DNA from: Treponemataceae bacterium
Lineage (GTDB): Bacteria; Spirochaetota; Spirochaetia; Treponematales; Rectinemataceae
Assembly: GCA_963678065.2 (NCBI GenBank)
Contig: CAXXVZ010000003.1
Span: 1,504,001 to 1,568,000 of the forward strand
Reading direction: 5' to 3'
DNA: 64,000 bases
Shown here: positions 39,461 through 50,134 of the stretch, in pieces
How positions within the stretch are numbered: the stretch's first letter is position 1
How the letters are laid out: every line of letters begins with the position of its first letter
The notes under the pieces: model-generated
The model's input: the letters and a program-made list of their open reading frames with translations, nothing else
What the model was told of the DNA's origin: nothing
Databases searched by the model: none
Program-made: the position numbers and the translations under genes

Positions 39461-40762
39461 CTATTTGAAGTTTTTCAGCACCTTGACCGCTTTCTCGTAG
39501 AACTCTTTCGCGGCGGCTTCGGGGCTGATCCCGCCCTTGAGCCCGATCTGCTGGATGGCGGTGTGCAGAAGGTCGCGCACTTCGACCGGATCATAGTAGG
39601 AGAACTTGCCGGTGTCCGTGTCGTCGATCAGCTGCATCGCTCGCTTCGTGACATCGTCGATCAGATTCCCCTTTACCAGCGCGGCGTATCCTTTCGTATT
39701 GGTGGGAACTCCGCGTTCCAGGGCCATGAGCTTCGCGCCTTCCGGGTCGGTGTAGAGGAAATTCATGAGCTTGACCACGGCGTCAGTTTCTTTCGTCTTG
39801 GCGTTCACGCAGAACATCATGTTTGGGCCGATTTCGACGCCGGTCAGCTTCGCGTCTTCGATGACCGGGTAGCGGGTGAACCCGACTTTGAATTTGTAGT
39901 TCAGCTGCTGCGGAATCTGTGTAGCCGGCGTTTCGCTGAACAGAACCTTGCCATTGAGCCAATCGGGGTCAGACCAGGAGGCCTTGAGCAATACCGTTTT
40001 CCCGAGCGACTGGAAAGTGCCGTCCGCAAACCAGCTCTGGAAGAGCTTGAGTCCCTCGACGAGGTCCTTCTCCGTGAAACCGAACTCGGCGTTGGCGGAA
40101 ATGTAGGGTTTGCCCGTCTTCTGCACGAGGTAGGCGATGAGCGGATAGCCGTACTGATCCATGGTGCCTGTGTATCCGATGATCGAGGGATCCTTCGCCT
40201 TCGCGGCTTTCACCGTGGCCGCCATCGTTTTCCAGGACAGGTATTGATCGATCGAGATGCCCTGCTGATCGAGAAGAGTCTTGTTGTAGACGAGTACGCG
40301 GCCGTTGGCGCCGAGCGGCAGGCCGATGAGCTTTCCGTTCAGGGTCGAGTATTCGAGCGAGGTCCGCGACCATCCGCTCAGGTCAAGACCCGGGACCTTC
40401 CGGATATCCGCGAACATCTCGGGGCTCTTCTGGAAATCGCCGAACCACGCGACGACGAACTGGAAGACATCGGGCCCCGTACCGGCGGCCAGCTGGGTGA
40501 TGAGCTTGTCGTAGTAGCCCTCAAACCCCTGGTACTCGGTCTTCACGGTGATTTCGGGATACTTTTTCATGAATGCCTCGGCGGCGGCCACCGTAGCTTT
40601 GTGGCGGGTCTCTCCTCCCCACCACGCGAGCCTGATAGTCGCCGGTTTGCCGGCGCCCGGGCCCTGCTGCGCGAAAGCCGTTCCGGCTACCATGAAACAC
40701 AGAGTCGCACACAGCACGATTCGTACGAGATTCGATTTCCTGCATGAACGCGGATTGATCAT
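39461..40762 (-). CDS. Carbohydrate ABC transporter solute-binding protein (TogB/YesO-like)
   Basis: Signal peptide; IRLAWWGGETRH, YYDKLITQLAAG, ERGVP. Confidence 0.9.
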   Translation of the reverse strand: MINPRSCRKSNLVRIVLCATLCFMVAGTAFAQQGPGAGKPATIRLAWWGGETRHKATVAAAEAFMKKYPEITVKTEYQGFEGYYDKLITQLAAGTGPDVFQFVVAWFGDFQKSPEMFADIRKVPGLDLSGWSRTSLEYSTLNGKLIGLPLGANGRVLVYNKTLLDQQGISIDQYLSWKTMAATVKAAKAKDPSIIGYTGTMDQYGYPLIAYLVQKTGKPYISANAEFGFTEKDLVEGLKLFQSWFADGTFQSLGKTVLLKASWSDPDWLNGKVLFSETPATQIPQQLNYKFKVGFTRYPVIEDAKLTGVEIGPNMMFCVNAKTKETDAVVKLMNFLYTDPEGAKLMALERGVPTNTKGYAALVKGNLIDDVTKRAMQLIDDTDTGKFSYYDPVEVRDLLHTAIQQIGLKGGISPEAAAKEFYEKAVKVLKNFK

Positions 40763-40975
40763 ACGAGATTCCCTCCTGTCCCCTTTCCGGGGTCGGGAAT
40801 CATTCTAGGTAGGGATTCCCGATCCCGATAGGGACTATCTGATACGAAAAGAGGTAGCCGATTCTCCGATTCAGGCGCCAGGTTGCGCAGGATACGGAAA
40901 AGGTCGCGCAATCTACGATACACGCAGGTCGCGCGCGCAATCTGCGATGCCACACAATCTGCGATTGCAGAGAAT

Positions 40976-42775
40976 CTAGATTTGCACAGAAGGCGCCGAC
41001 AGAGGGAACCGGACTTCGACGAAGGTCCCCCGATCCGGGGCGCTCTCGATGCCCAGGCCGTATTCCGGTCCGAAAACGAGCTGGATGTGGCGGTTCGTGT
41101 TGAAAAGGCCGATGTGATCGCCCGGGTGGCTCTCGTCGCCCAGCGATTCGCGGATTTCGGAGAGTTTCTGCCCGTCCATCCCCGCGCCGTCATCTTCGAC
41201 GCCGATCAGAAGAATGCCCGCCGCTTCGTCGAGCCGGGCCTGTATCCGGATAGTCCCTTTGCCCTTCGCGTCCCTGATTCCATGATAGATCGAATTCTCC
41301 AGAAGTGGCTGCAGGAAGAATTTCACCACCTGGCAGGGCAGCGCCCTCCCGTCGATCTCCCACGCGACCTCGAATTTGTCCTTGTAGCGGAAAAGCTGAA
41401 TCGCCAGATAGCGTTTGGCCATGTCGATCTCGTCGCCCAGCGAGACGAACTCCGATTCCGCAAGGGAGTATTTCAGGAGCATCGACAGGTTCTTTATCAT
41501 ATCGGCCGCCTGAGAGGGTTTCCCTTCGTTGCCGAAAACCATCCAGTACAGGGACTCGAGAGTATTGAACAGAAAATGCGGATTCATCTGCGCGCGCAGG
41601 GCCTTCAGCTCGAGCACCTCGGCGCGCGCCTGACGCTCCGAGAGCTGGAGGGTGGCGTATCGCTGCTTCAGGAAGGTCCGGATAAGGGTCTCGACCATAT
41701 AGTCGTATTCATCGTGCCGCAGGGGCGGATTGTCAGGAAGGACTTCTCCCTCCTCGGCTTTCCGGAAAAGTTCCGTCACGGACGCGGTCCTGTGGGCATT
41801 CCTGCGGGCGAAGGACAGGGTTATCGCCACTCCGATGACGAGGGCGATTCCGAGCATCGCGAGAATCAGTCTCCGGAGCATGATGGAGAGCCCTTCCAGA
41901 CTTGAGGCCGGGATGATCGAGACGACATGCCAGCCATAGCGCGAGGTCGGCGATGAGTACACATAGAATGAATCGCCCTGCCAGGTTTGCCGGGAAAGCG
42001 CGTTTATTTCCCGTTTTTCCAGCGTCTTGCAGATCAGGCTCCGTTCTTTCCGGTTCTGGTTCGCGAGTATGAGATTGTCGTCGCTGTCCAGGAGGTAGAC
42101 TTCCTGACCGCGGAACACCGCGGCCCGGGATATCAGTCCGTCAAAGTGCTCTTTCTCGATATTCATCGCTATGACGCCGGTCCTGCCGTTGCCGGCCGGA
42201 AAGAGGCGTCTGTAGATGGTAAAAATCGACTCGGGCGCCCGCTCGAAGCCGAAGCGCCTGACCTCCCTCGTCTCGGTCCAGAGTAGCCGATCTTTTCTGG
42301 CGCCGGAGTAGGAGGCAAACCAATCCGCGTCGGGGTAGGTTTTTAACTCCACGATGCCCTCGCTCAGCGAGAGGAAACGGTCGGGGTGCTTGTCGAGGTA
42401 GAAATACACGGAGTCGACGTAGGGCCGGGCGTTGCTCTGCGCGCTCAGGATTTCGTTCAGCAGCTTGGAGAGACGGACCTCCTCGAAACTCAGCGATTTT
42501 CCGCCGAGCAGATTGTCCAGAGTGGATATCATCGTCATGTTGACGCTGAATGTAAGGTTGAGGGCGTCCAGCTCGAACATGGTCACGTCCACCATGTCCT
42601 TGAGGTTGTCCATCTGCCTGGTCGTCATGGTGGCGATCTCGCGGCTTATGAAATTGTCGGTGATATAGATGGCCGCCGAGCCGAGCATGAGGAGGGGAAG
42701 GACGACCGGCAAAAGGGAGAGAGCGAGTTTCCGCAGGAAGGACACCGCGGCTTTGTTCCTATGCGCGCGCCGCAC
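40976..42775 (-). CDS. YesM-like sensor histidine kinase
   Basis: AQMNPHFLFNTL, LQPLLENSIYHG, IGLFN. Confidence 0.92.
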   Translation of the reverse strand: MRRAHRNKAAVSFLRKLALSLLPVVLPLLMLGSAAIYITDNFISREIATMTTRQMDNLKDMVDVTMFELDALNLTFSVNMTMISTLDNLLGGKSLSFEEVRLSKLLNEILSAQSNARPYVDSVYFYLDKHPDRFLSLSEGIVELKTYPDADWFASYSGARKDRLLWTETREVRRFGFERAPESIFTIYRRLFPAGNGRTGVIAMNIEKEHFDGLISRAAVFRGQEVYLLDSDDNLILANQNRKERSLICKTLEKREINALSRQTWQGDSFYVYSSPTSRYGWHVVSIIPASSLEGLSIMLRRLILAMLGIALVIGVAITLSFARRNAHRTASVTELFRKAEEGEVLPDNPPLRHDEYDYMVETLIRTFLKQRYATLQLSERQARAEVLELKALRAQMNPHFLFNTLESLYWMVFGNEGKPSQAADMIKNLSMLLKYSLAESEFVSLGDEIDMAKRYLAIQLFRYKDKFEVAWEIDGRALPCQVVKFFLQPLLENSIYHGIRDAKGKGTIRIQARLDEAAGILLIGVEDDGAGMDGQKLSEIRESLGDESHPGDHIGLFNTNRHIQLVFGPEYGLGIESAPDRGTFVEVRFPLSAPSVQI

Positions 42776-43592
42776 CGCGGAGTCCCGTCGGAGAAGTTCC
42801 GAAGTGGCACCTGAAGGCGCGTATGAAACTCTTCGTGCTGGCGTATCCGACCATGGCGCTAATCTCGTGGACGCGCAGATTCCGGTTCCCGAGCAGCGCT
42901 TTCGCCCTGTTCATGCGCACATCGGTCAGAAGCTCAGAGAAGGTTTTGCCGGTCTCCGCGTGCAGACGGGTGCTGAGGTAGTTCGGACTCATTCCCAGAT
43001 GCCTGGCGGCCAGGGTGAGACTGATGTCCCTGAGATCTTTTTCAAAAAGTCCGGCGAGCCGCTCTGAAAGACCTGCCGGGGGCTTTGATGTCACGGAATG
43101 GCCGGCAGGATTCCCATCGCCCGCCTGTCGGTCGGCCTGGGGTCGGTCTGTCGAAAATCGCTCGGCCTGGAATCGGTCGGGACTCTCCGCACTAAGAATC
43201 GCGGAATTTGCGGCCGCCGCTTCCCTCTCCTTCACGAGTTTCGAGAAGACATCGTGAAGTTCCTCGTATCCCGCCGGTTTCACGATGTAATTCCTGATCC
43301 CCAGTTCGATCGCCTTCCTGGCGTAGTCGAAGTCCTTGTGCGCGCTTATGAAGACGATCTCGCAGGGATACTTCCGTTCCCTGACGATTTCCGCGAAGCG
43401 GATCCCGTCCATGCGGGGCATCCTGATGTCGCAGAGCAGGAGATCGAAGTGATTCTTCTCCATGAGTCCCAGGGCTTCCACGCCGTCTTCGCAGGTGGCG
43501 GCCACCTCTATGCCCAGGCTGGCCCAGGGAAAATACGAGGCGATGCCGTTGCGGATTCCGAACTCATCGTCGATTATCAGTATGCGGAGCAT
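42759..43592 (-). CDS. YesN-like response regulator (REC + AraC HTH)
   Basis: ILIIDDE, CDIRMP.MDG, YIVKP; TACAAT 6 nt before ATG. Confidence 0.92.
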   Translation of the reverse strand: MLRILIIDDEFGIRNGIASYFPWASLGIEVAATCEDGVEALGLMEKNHFDLLLCDIRMPRMDGIRFAEIVRERKYPCEIVFISAHKDFDYARKAIELGIRNYIVKPAGYEELHDVFSKLVKEREAAAANSAILSAESPDRFQAERFSTDRPQADRQAGDGNPAGHSVTSKPPAGLSERLAGLFEKDLRDISLTLAARHLGMSPNYLSTRLHAETGKTFSELLTDVRMNRAKALLGNRNLRVHEISAMVGYASTKSFIRAFRCHFGTSPTGLRGAARA

Positions 43593-43773
43593 GGGCGGAT
43601 TGTACTGTAACGACCGGGCGCATGCCACAGGCCGAAAGTCCGACGCGGGATGTATGACTTCATCTAAAAAATCCAGACGGAACAGGCAGTGTTGCCTCAT
43701 CGAGAAATCTGACCGAAGGAAGGGCTGGCATCGGAGGATTTCATGTGTATGATGGCGCACAGAGGAGAACGAC

Positions 43774-44607
43774 GTGATCCACGAATCGATGAAGTTGTGG
43801 GAAAAGGATGAATACCGGGGCGCGAGGGAGGATGGTTTTCTTCCCGCTCTGGAAAGCTATGTGCTCGCCGGGGACAGGCTGCGGGCCGCGGTCATCATCT
43901 GCCCGGGCGGAGGCTACGAGTACACCTCGCCGAGGGAGGCGGAGCCGGCTGCGCTGCAGTTCAACGCCGCGGGTTTCCACGCGTTCGTGCTTCACTACAG
44001 CGTCGCCCCGAGACGGCACCCGATACCGCTCCTCGACCTTTCGCGCGCGGTATGCCTTGTCCGGGAACACGCGGCGGCCTGGAATATCAGGCCGGAGGGC
44101 ATCGTCGTCTGCGGTTTTTCCGCGGGAGCCCACCTCGCGGCGAGTCTCGGCGTTCACTGGAACAGGCCCTTCGCTTTGGATGCGCCCGGAATTTCCCGGG
44201 GACTCAATCGCCCCGATGCCCTCGTACTCTGTTATCCAGTAATTACATCAGGCGAATTTGCCCACCGGGGCTCATTCGAAAACCTTTTGGGCGCAGCCGC
44301 CAGCCAGCACCTTCTCGAAGAAGTCTCGCTGGAGCGCCATGTCGACGAAGCGGTCCCGCCGACCTTTCTCTGGCACACTTTCGGGGACGGGGCCGTGCCG
44401 CTCGAGAACAGCCTGCTCTTTGCCACGGCTCTCAGGAAAAACAAGATTCCCTTCGAGCTGCACGTCTACCCGGAGGGGCAGCACGGCCTGTCTCTGGCGA
44501 CGGAAGAGACCGGCACCGATCAGCTGAAGGCCGATCCCCACGTCGCCACCTGGATGGACCTCTGCATCGAATGGATCGGGAAGACTGTCCCGCAGGCATC
44601 GGCCTGA
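43774..44607 (+). CDS. Alpha/beta hydrolase (acetyl esterase-like)
   Basis: PGGGY oxyanion, GFSAG nucleophile, D..VP, HGLS. Confidence 0.9.
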   Translation: MIHESMKLWEKDEYRGAREDGFLPALESYVLAGDRLRAAVIICPGGGYEYTSPREAEPAALQFNAAGFHAFVLHYSVAPRRHPIPLLDLSRAVCLVREHAAAWNIRPEGIVVCGFSAGAHLAASLGVHWNRPFALDAPGISRGLNRPDALVLCYPVITSGEFAHRGSFENLLGAAASQHLLEEVSLERHVDEAVPPTFLWHTFGDGAVPLENSLLFATALRKNKIPFELHVYPEGQHGLSLATEETGTDQLKADPHVATWMDLCIEWIGKTVPQASA

Positions 44608-44613
44608 ATCGGC

Positions 44614-44640
44614 CCCGGGCGGGCTCCAAGCCCGCCCGGG
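44614..44640. terminator. GC-rich hairpin between convergent genes
   Basis: 12-bp stem CCCGGGCGGGCT/AGCCCGCCCGGG. Confidence 0.55.
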
Positions 44641-44684
44641 AGTCTTGCGCAGGCGTCATATTCCGGGCTTCGATCCACTCTCCC

Positions 44685-45926
44685 TCATTCGACCTTGATC
44701 CACCGCAGAACCTCGCCGAGCTTCACCCGCTTGCCCGACATGAGGATGCCGACGCGGAAGACCTTGGCCGCCAGCGCCGACATCCCGTACACGGAGAATA
44801 GAAGGAGAAAGATGCAGAGCGCGAGCTGCCAGACCGGAGGCGGGGCGATGAGGATGCGGATGAGCATCACGATGGGGCTCGTCATGGGGAAGAGCGAGAA
44901 GGCCACCGCGACGGGCGATCCGGGATTCATGACGAAACCGGAGATCATCACGAGGGGTATGATGAGAAACATGAGGAGCGGCCAGGCGAGCTGCCCCAGA
45001 TTGTGCTCGTCCTCGGAGGCCGCGCCGAGGGCCGCGTAGGCCGCCGCGTACAGGAAAAACGCGAGGACGAAAAAGACAACGAGCCAGAGCAGGTTCGCGG
45101 GCGTTATTGCCGCCGGAACCGCGATGTTCATGGCCGGTCCGACGAGCTTGACGAGGACGAGAGCGACGGAAACCCAGATTCCGTACTGGAGGATTCCCGC
45201 GCAGCCGAGACCGAGAATCTTCCCGAACATGAGCTCGCGGGCCGAAACACTCGAGAGCATCACCTCGACCGTCTTGGATGTCTTCTCCTGCACGACGGAG
45301 CGGCCGATCATCTGTCCGTAGAGGAGCACTGTCATGTAGAGCATCATGACGAAACTCATCGCGGTGAAGAGAATGGACAGGAAGTCGCCATCTCCCGCCG
45401 CCTTTTCGGAGGCGTCGGCGCCGATTTTGAGCACGCGCAGCTCGACACCAGCCGTAAGCCGGGCGGCGAGTTCGGGGGAGATGCCCGAGGCCGCGATCCG
45501 ACTTTCCCGCGCCGCGGCGTCGAGTATCCGTCCGACGATTCCGTAGAGGGCGGCGTCCGTGCCCGTCTTGGTGTAGAGCCGGGCGCCTGCGGTTTCCCAT
45601 CCGCCGTCGAGAGCGACGAGACCGGAGTATTCGCCCGATACGACCTTCTTTTTCGCCTCGGCCTGCCCGGCCTCGCCGATATCGATGAGCGCTGTCTTTC
45701 TGCCTTGCGACTCGAGGACGCCCGCCAGCGTCCCGGCGATCCGCGGATCGGCCGAGGCGATGGCGACGGGGGAAGAGCCGCCCATGCCGCCCTTGGAGGA
45801 CAACAGGCCCGGCAGCACTGTCACGGCCAGAATCAGGAAGGGCCCGAGTATCGTGAGGACGACGAAGGCCTTGTTCGCCGCCGCGAGACGGAACTCGTGC
45901 TTCACTATCGTGGCAAGCTTATTCAT
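44685..45926 (-). CDS. ABC-2 type exporter permease (NatB/YhaP-like)
   Basis: EKTSKTVEVMLSSV, GKILG, SPIVML.R. Confidence 0.9.
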   Translation of the reverse strand: MNKLATIVKHEFRLAAANKAFVVLTILGPFLILAVTVLPGLLSSKGGMGGSSPVAIASADPRIAGTLAGVLESQGRKTALIDIGEAGQAEAKKKVVSGEYSGLVALDGGWETAGARLYTKTGTDAALYGIVGRILDAAARESRIAASGISPELAARLTAGVELRVLKIGADASEKAAGDGDFLSILFTAMSFVMMLYMTVLLYGQMIGRSVVQEKTSKTVEVMLSSVSARELMFGKILGLGCAGILQYGIWVSVALVLVKLVGPAMNIAVPAAITPANLLWLVVFFVLAFFLYAAAYAALGAASEDEHNLGQLAWPLLMFLIIPLVMISGFVMNPGSPVAVAFSLFPMTSPIVMLIRILIAPPPVWQLALCIFLLLFSVYGMSALAAKVFRVGILMSGKRVKLGEVLRWIKVE

Positions 45927-46914
45927 GGTTGGATTCTCCCTCGCCGTTCGCGGCGGTTTCGCGAACGGGCTCCTTCTCCGCATCCCTTCCGCCGACAAGG
46001 GCGACGAAAATTTTGTGCAGCGAGGGCGTCATCGTCTCGAATCTGCGTATTCTGATTTTGTCCGCAATCGCGGCGAGCAGCATTTCGCTGTCGGCGTCGT
46101 TCTTCAACGTCACATCGATCCAGCGCGGGAAAGCCGAAACGCTCTCCACCATCGGAAGCGCCGCGATGAAAGACCCGTCGCCGTCGAACTCGAGCTGGAC
46201 CGCGTTGCGGCCATATCGGTCCTTGACCTCGCCCACGCTGCCCGAAACGACTTCGCGCCCCCTGTCCATAATGAGGATGCGGTCGCAGATTTTTTCGGCG
46301 TGCTCCATCACATGGGTCGAAAAGAGAACCGTCTTGCCCTGCTTTTTGAGCTCGACCATGGATTCGAGGAGAAGGTCCTGCGATACGGGATCGAGGCCCG
46401 AAAACGGCTCGTCGAACAGAATGAGGTCGGGATCGTGAACGATGCTTCCGATGAACTGGACTTTCTGGGCCATGCCCTTGGACAGCTCGTCGATTTTCCG
46501 CTTCTTCCATCCGGCAAGGTCGAATTTTTCGAGCCAGCGATCGGAGGATTCGCGCGCCGCCGACTCCTTCATGCCCTTGAGCGTCGCGAGGTAAAGGAGC
46601 ATCTGGTCGACCCGCACTTTCTTGTATAGGCCGCGCTCCTCGGGCAGATAGCCGATCCGCGACTTCATCTTCTCGGAAAAGGCCGCCCCGTCGAAGCGGA
46701 TTCTGCCTTCATCGGGGGCGATAATGTTCATGATCATGCGGATCGTCGTCGTTTTTCCGGCGCCGTTCGGCCCGATGAGTCCGAAAATCCCGCCGGCGCC
46801 GGTGCTGAAAGAAAGGCCGTTCACGGCAGGCACATTTCTGTAGAATTTCTTTACATTTTCCACTGAGAGCACTGTGTTGTCCTCCTCCGGAGCCATGGGC
46901 AGCGACGCATCCAC
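45919..46914 (-). CDS. ABC exporter ATP-binding protein (YhaQ-like)
   Basis: GPNGAGKTT, YLPEERGLY, LSKGM, DEPFSGLD; start may be slightly downstream. Confidence 0.93.
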   Translation of the reverse strand: MDASLPMAPEEDNTVLSVENVKKFYRNVPAVNGLSFSTGAGGIFGLIGPNGAGKTTTIRMIMNIIAPDEGRIRFDGAAFSEKMKSRIGYLPEERGLYKKVRVDQMLLYLATLKGMKESAARESSDRWLEKFDLAGWKKRKIDELSKGMAQKVQFIGSIVHDPDLILFDEPFSGLDPVSQDLLLESMVELKKQGKTVLFSTHVMEHAEKICDRILIMDRGREVVSGSVGEVKDRYGRNAVQLEFDGDGSFIAALPMVESVSAFPRWIDVTLKNDADSEMLLAAIADKIRIRRFETMTPSLHKIFVALVGGRDAEKEPVRETAANGEGESNHE

Positions 46915-46988
46915 CTGCGCGCCGCCCCGATCCGTCGCGAAACGGGTCCGAGCCCGCTTCAGTGCTCAATTCTATCACACCCGGCGCT

Positions 46989-48293
46989 TCATATCATGGA
47001 CGCGGCAGCGATGCCTCGCTCGATGTCGGCGAGTATATCGTCGATATCCTCGATGCCGATCGAGAGGCGGACGAGGTCGGGGCTGAGGCCCCCCTCGATC
47101 TGCTGTTTTTCGCTGAGCTGGGAGTGCGAAGTGCTCGATGGGTGGAGGGCGAGGGATTTCGCGTCGCCGACATTGGCGAGGTGCGAGAAGAGCCTGAGCC
47201 CTTCGATGAATTTCTCTCCGCCCGCGCGGCCGCTTTTGAGGCCGAAGACGACCATGCCGCCTGATCCGCGCTTGAGCAGCTTTTTGTTCAGGTCGAAGGA
47301 AGGATCTCCCTCGAGCCCTGGGTAGCGCACCCACGCGACTTCTTTCCGCGCGTTGAGGAAGCGCGCGACCGCAAGGGCGTTTTCGCAGTGGCGCGGCATG
47401 CGGACGTGGAGGGTCTCGATGCCCTGGAGGAAGAGCCATGCATTGTCCGGCGAGAGGCAGGCGCCGAGGTTGCGAAGGGGAACAGTGCGGAAGCGCAGGG
47501 CGAAGGCGATTTTCGCGAGCTCGGGCGGCAGATCCAAGGCCCAGCGCAGGCCATGGTAATTCTTGTCCGGCTGCGTAAAGTGCGTAAACTTCGGGTCCGA
47601 CCAGTCGAAGCTCCCCGCGTCGGTGACGATGCCGCCGATGGCCGTGCCGTGGCCGCCTAACCACTTCGTGAGCGAGTTGATCACGACGTCGGCTCCGTGT
47701 TCGATGCTGCGGAGGAGGTAGGGCGTCGTGAAGGTCGCGTCGACGACGAGGGGCAGATGGTGCTTTTTCGCGATGGCCGAGATGGCGTCGATGTCGGCGA
47801 GATCGAGGGCCGGATTCCCGATTGTTTCTATATAGATGAGTCTGGTCTTATCATTGACGGCCGCCTCGAATGAGGCCGGATCGCGGATGTCGGCGAAGCG
47901 CGTCGTGATGCCGAGATCGGGCAGGATCGCTTCAAACATCGTGTAGGATCCGCCATACAGGTTGGAGGCCGACACGATCTCGTCGCCCGCGCGGGCGATC
48001 GTGATGACGGTATTGAAGATTGCGCTCGTTCCCGAGGAGACGGCCACGGACGCGGCGCCGCCCTCGAGTTCGGTCACGCGGGATTCAAGGACTTCGTTGG
48101 TGGGATTGCCGAGGCGGGAGTAGATGTTTCCGAATTCCTGCAAGGCGAAGAGCCGTGCGGCGTGGGCCGTGTCCTTGAACACATAGGAGCTGGTTCTGTA
48201 GAGGGGAACTGCGCGCGAAAGGGTGACGGGATCCGGGTTCTGGCCGGCATGGACGGAAGCTGTGGCGAATCCGGGTTTGGGGCTGGATGACAT
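46989..48293 (-). CDS. metY: O-acetylhomoserine sulfhydrylase
   Basis: GNIYSRLGNPT, SLTKWLGGHG (PLP Lys), HLANVGDAKSL. Confidence 0.92.
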   Translation of the reverse strand: MSSSPKPGFATASVHAGQNPDPVTLSRAVPLYRTSSYVFKDTAHAARLFALQEFGNIYSRLGNPTNEVLESRVTELEGGAASVAVSSGTSAIFNTVITIARAGDEIVSASNLYGGSYTMFEAILPDLGITTRFADIRDPASFEAAVNDKTRLIYIETIGNPALDLADIDAISAIAKKHHLPLVVDATFTTPYLLRSIEHGADVVINSLTKWLGGHGTAIGGIVTDAGSFDWSDPKFTHFTQPDKNYHGLRWALDLPPELAKIAFALRFRTVPLRNLGACLSPDNAWLFLQGIETLHVRMPRHCENALAVARFLNARKEVAWVRYPGLEGDPSFDLNKKLLKRGSGGMVVFGLKSGRAGGEKFIEGLRLFSHLANVGDAKSLALHPSSTSHSQLSEKQQIEGGLSPDLVRLSIGIEDIDDILADIERGIAAASMI

Positions 48294-48554
48294 AGTGATC
48301 TCCTGACTGTTCGGGCTTGCCGCGTGCGCGGTTTCACATCTGCGGGTTCTCTGCCCGGATGTGGTGCAGTCGTGCTGCGCATGCAGCCGGACCGCGTTCG
48401 ATGTATGCCCCTGCCTGCCTGAAGATCGACGATCTCCTCACTGGCGGGGCTTTCCCATGCTCCATACCGACATGGCGACTCCTGTGGCGGTTTCCCCGCC
48501 GATTGACCTGAACAGGTGATATCATGGTATTGACATTGTGTCTAGAGATAAATG

Positions 48555-48577
48555 ATACTAAAAAGGTCTTGATAGGA
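48555..48577 (+). promoter_or_regulatory. Putative Rrf2 operator, copy 1
   Basis: ATACTAAAAAGGTCTTGATAGGA overlapping -10 of TTGACA(48530)-18-GATACT promoter. Confidence 0.65.
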
Positions 48578-48583
48578 GAATTT

Positions 48584-49009
48584 ATGGGAATAATTTCGAC
48601 CAGAAGCAGATATGGCCTGCGTCTCCTCGCGGACATAGCCGGTCAGGCCAAATCGGGGCCCATCGACCTCGGATCGATCGCCCAGAGGCAGTGCATACCC
48701 GAGAAATACCTCGCCAAGCTCGTCATTCCCCTCAAGGGGGCGGGATTGCTGCGTTCGGCGAGGGGCGCCCACGGCGGCTATGAACTCACACGTCGGCCGG
48801 AGACCATCAATCTGCAGAGACTCGTGGAGGTGCTGGAGGGAAGTTCGTCTCTCCTCTCCTGTACGGCCGAACCGGAAACCTGCGGCCGATCATCGACATG
48901 CAAGGCGCGGAGCATCTGGATGGGCCTGGAAAAGGCCATCCGGGATTACCTCTCGGGAGTGAGCGTCGCCGACGCCATCGAGACTCCCGGCGCCGACTAC
49001 ACGATCTGA
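48584..49009 (+). CDS. Rrf2-family regulator (IscR/CymR-like) with three Cys
   Basis: [21 protein letters not shown]-x6-C-x5-C. Confidence 0.93.
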   Translation: MGIISTRSRYGLRLLADIAGQAKSGPIDLGSIAQRQCIPEKYLAKLVIPLKGAGLLRSARGAHGGYELTRRPETINLQRLVEVLEGSSSLLSCTAEPETCGRSSTCKARSIWMGLEKAIRDYLSGVSVADAIETPGADYTI

Positions 49010-49055
49010 CAGGCCCGGGCATCGTCGCGGGCTTCGTCGTATACAAGGAATACAC

Positions 49056-49994
49056 ATGCGATACGCGGAAAAAATTACCGATCTCATCGGGAACACCCCC
49101 CTCGTCAAAATCGACTTCGGCGGGAACGCTTCCCACGCCCTCGTCCTCGCGAAGCTCGAATCCTTCAATCCCTGGTCCAGCGTAAAGGACCGCATCGGAT
49201 TCGCCATGATCGAGGACGCGGAGAAACGCGGCGTCCTCAAGCCGGGAGCCGTCATCGTCGAACCGACGAGCGGAAACACGGGCATAGCCCTCGCGGCCGT
49301 CGCGGCGGCGAAGGGTTACCGGATCATCCTGACCATGCCGGAGACGATGAGCGTCGAGCGGCGCAGGCTCCTTCTCGCCTTCGGCGCCGAACTCGTCCTC
49401 ACGGAAGGTCCCAAGGGCATGAAGGGCGCCATCGCGCGGGCCGAAGAGATAGCGGCCGAGGTGCCGGGTTCCTTCATCCCCTCGCAGTTCGCGAATCCGG
49501 CCAACCCCGAAATCCACCGCCGGACGACCGCCGAGGAGATCTGGAATGACACCGACGGAAAGGTCGACATCGTCGTGGCCGGAGTCGGGACGGGAGGGAC
49601 GATCACCGGTCTGGCCTCGGCCCTCAAAGCCAAGAAAGAGTCGGTGTACGCCGTAGCCGTGGAGCCGGCAGACTCGCCCTTCCTCAAAGAGGGCCGCGCG
49701 GGACCGCACAAGATCCAGGGCATCGGGGCGGGATTCGAGCCGGCCGTGTTCGACCGGAAAGTCGTCGACGAGATCGTCGCCGTGAAGCATGAGGACGCGG
49801 GTGTTGTGGCCAGGCGGCTCGCCAAAGAGGAGGGAATCCTCGTCGGCATCTCATCGGGAGCGGCGCTCTGGGCGGCCCTGCGGCTGGCTGAGCGTCCGGA
49901 AAACGCGGGCAAGGTGATCGTCGTCGTCCTGCCCGATACCGGCGAGCGCTATCTGTCGACCTGGCTCTTCGAGGAGCCGGCGACCGGGGCATAG
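49056..49994 (+). CDS. cysK: Cysteine synthase A
   Basis: [37 protein letters not shown]. Confidence 0.96.
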   Translation: MRYAEKITDLIGNTPLVKIDFGGNASHALVLAKLESFNPWSSVKDRIGFAMIEDAEKRGVLKPGAVIVEPTSGNTGIALAAVAAAKGYRIILTMPETMSVERRRLLLAFGAELVLTEGPKGMKGAIARAEEIAAEVPGSFIPSQFANPANPEIHRRTTAEEIWNDTDGKVDIVVAGVGTGGTITGLASALKAKKESVYAVAVEPADSPFLKEGRAGPHKIQGIGAGFEPAVFDRKVVDEIVAVKHEDAGVVARRLAKEEGILVGISSGAALWAALRLAERPENAGKVIVVVLPDTGERYLSTWLFEEPATGA

Positions 49995-50134
49995 AGTGGA
50001 GCGATGCCGGTTTTTCGAGGCCGGAACCGGAAGAGCGCGATCCGCCCGCGCCGCTTCCGGCCGGGCATCTCCAGGACAGGATGCCGCAGCGTGGCACTTG
50101 AAAGCCCGGACCGACAGCAGCTACCATCCGATCC

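Noticed and set aside
48294..48520. SAM-I riboswitch or T-box upstream of metY
   Set aside because: ATCxAGAG...GCAACC...GTGC and T-box GGTGGxACC consensus elements not found
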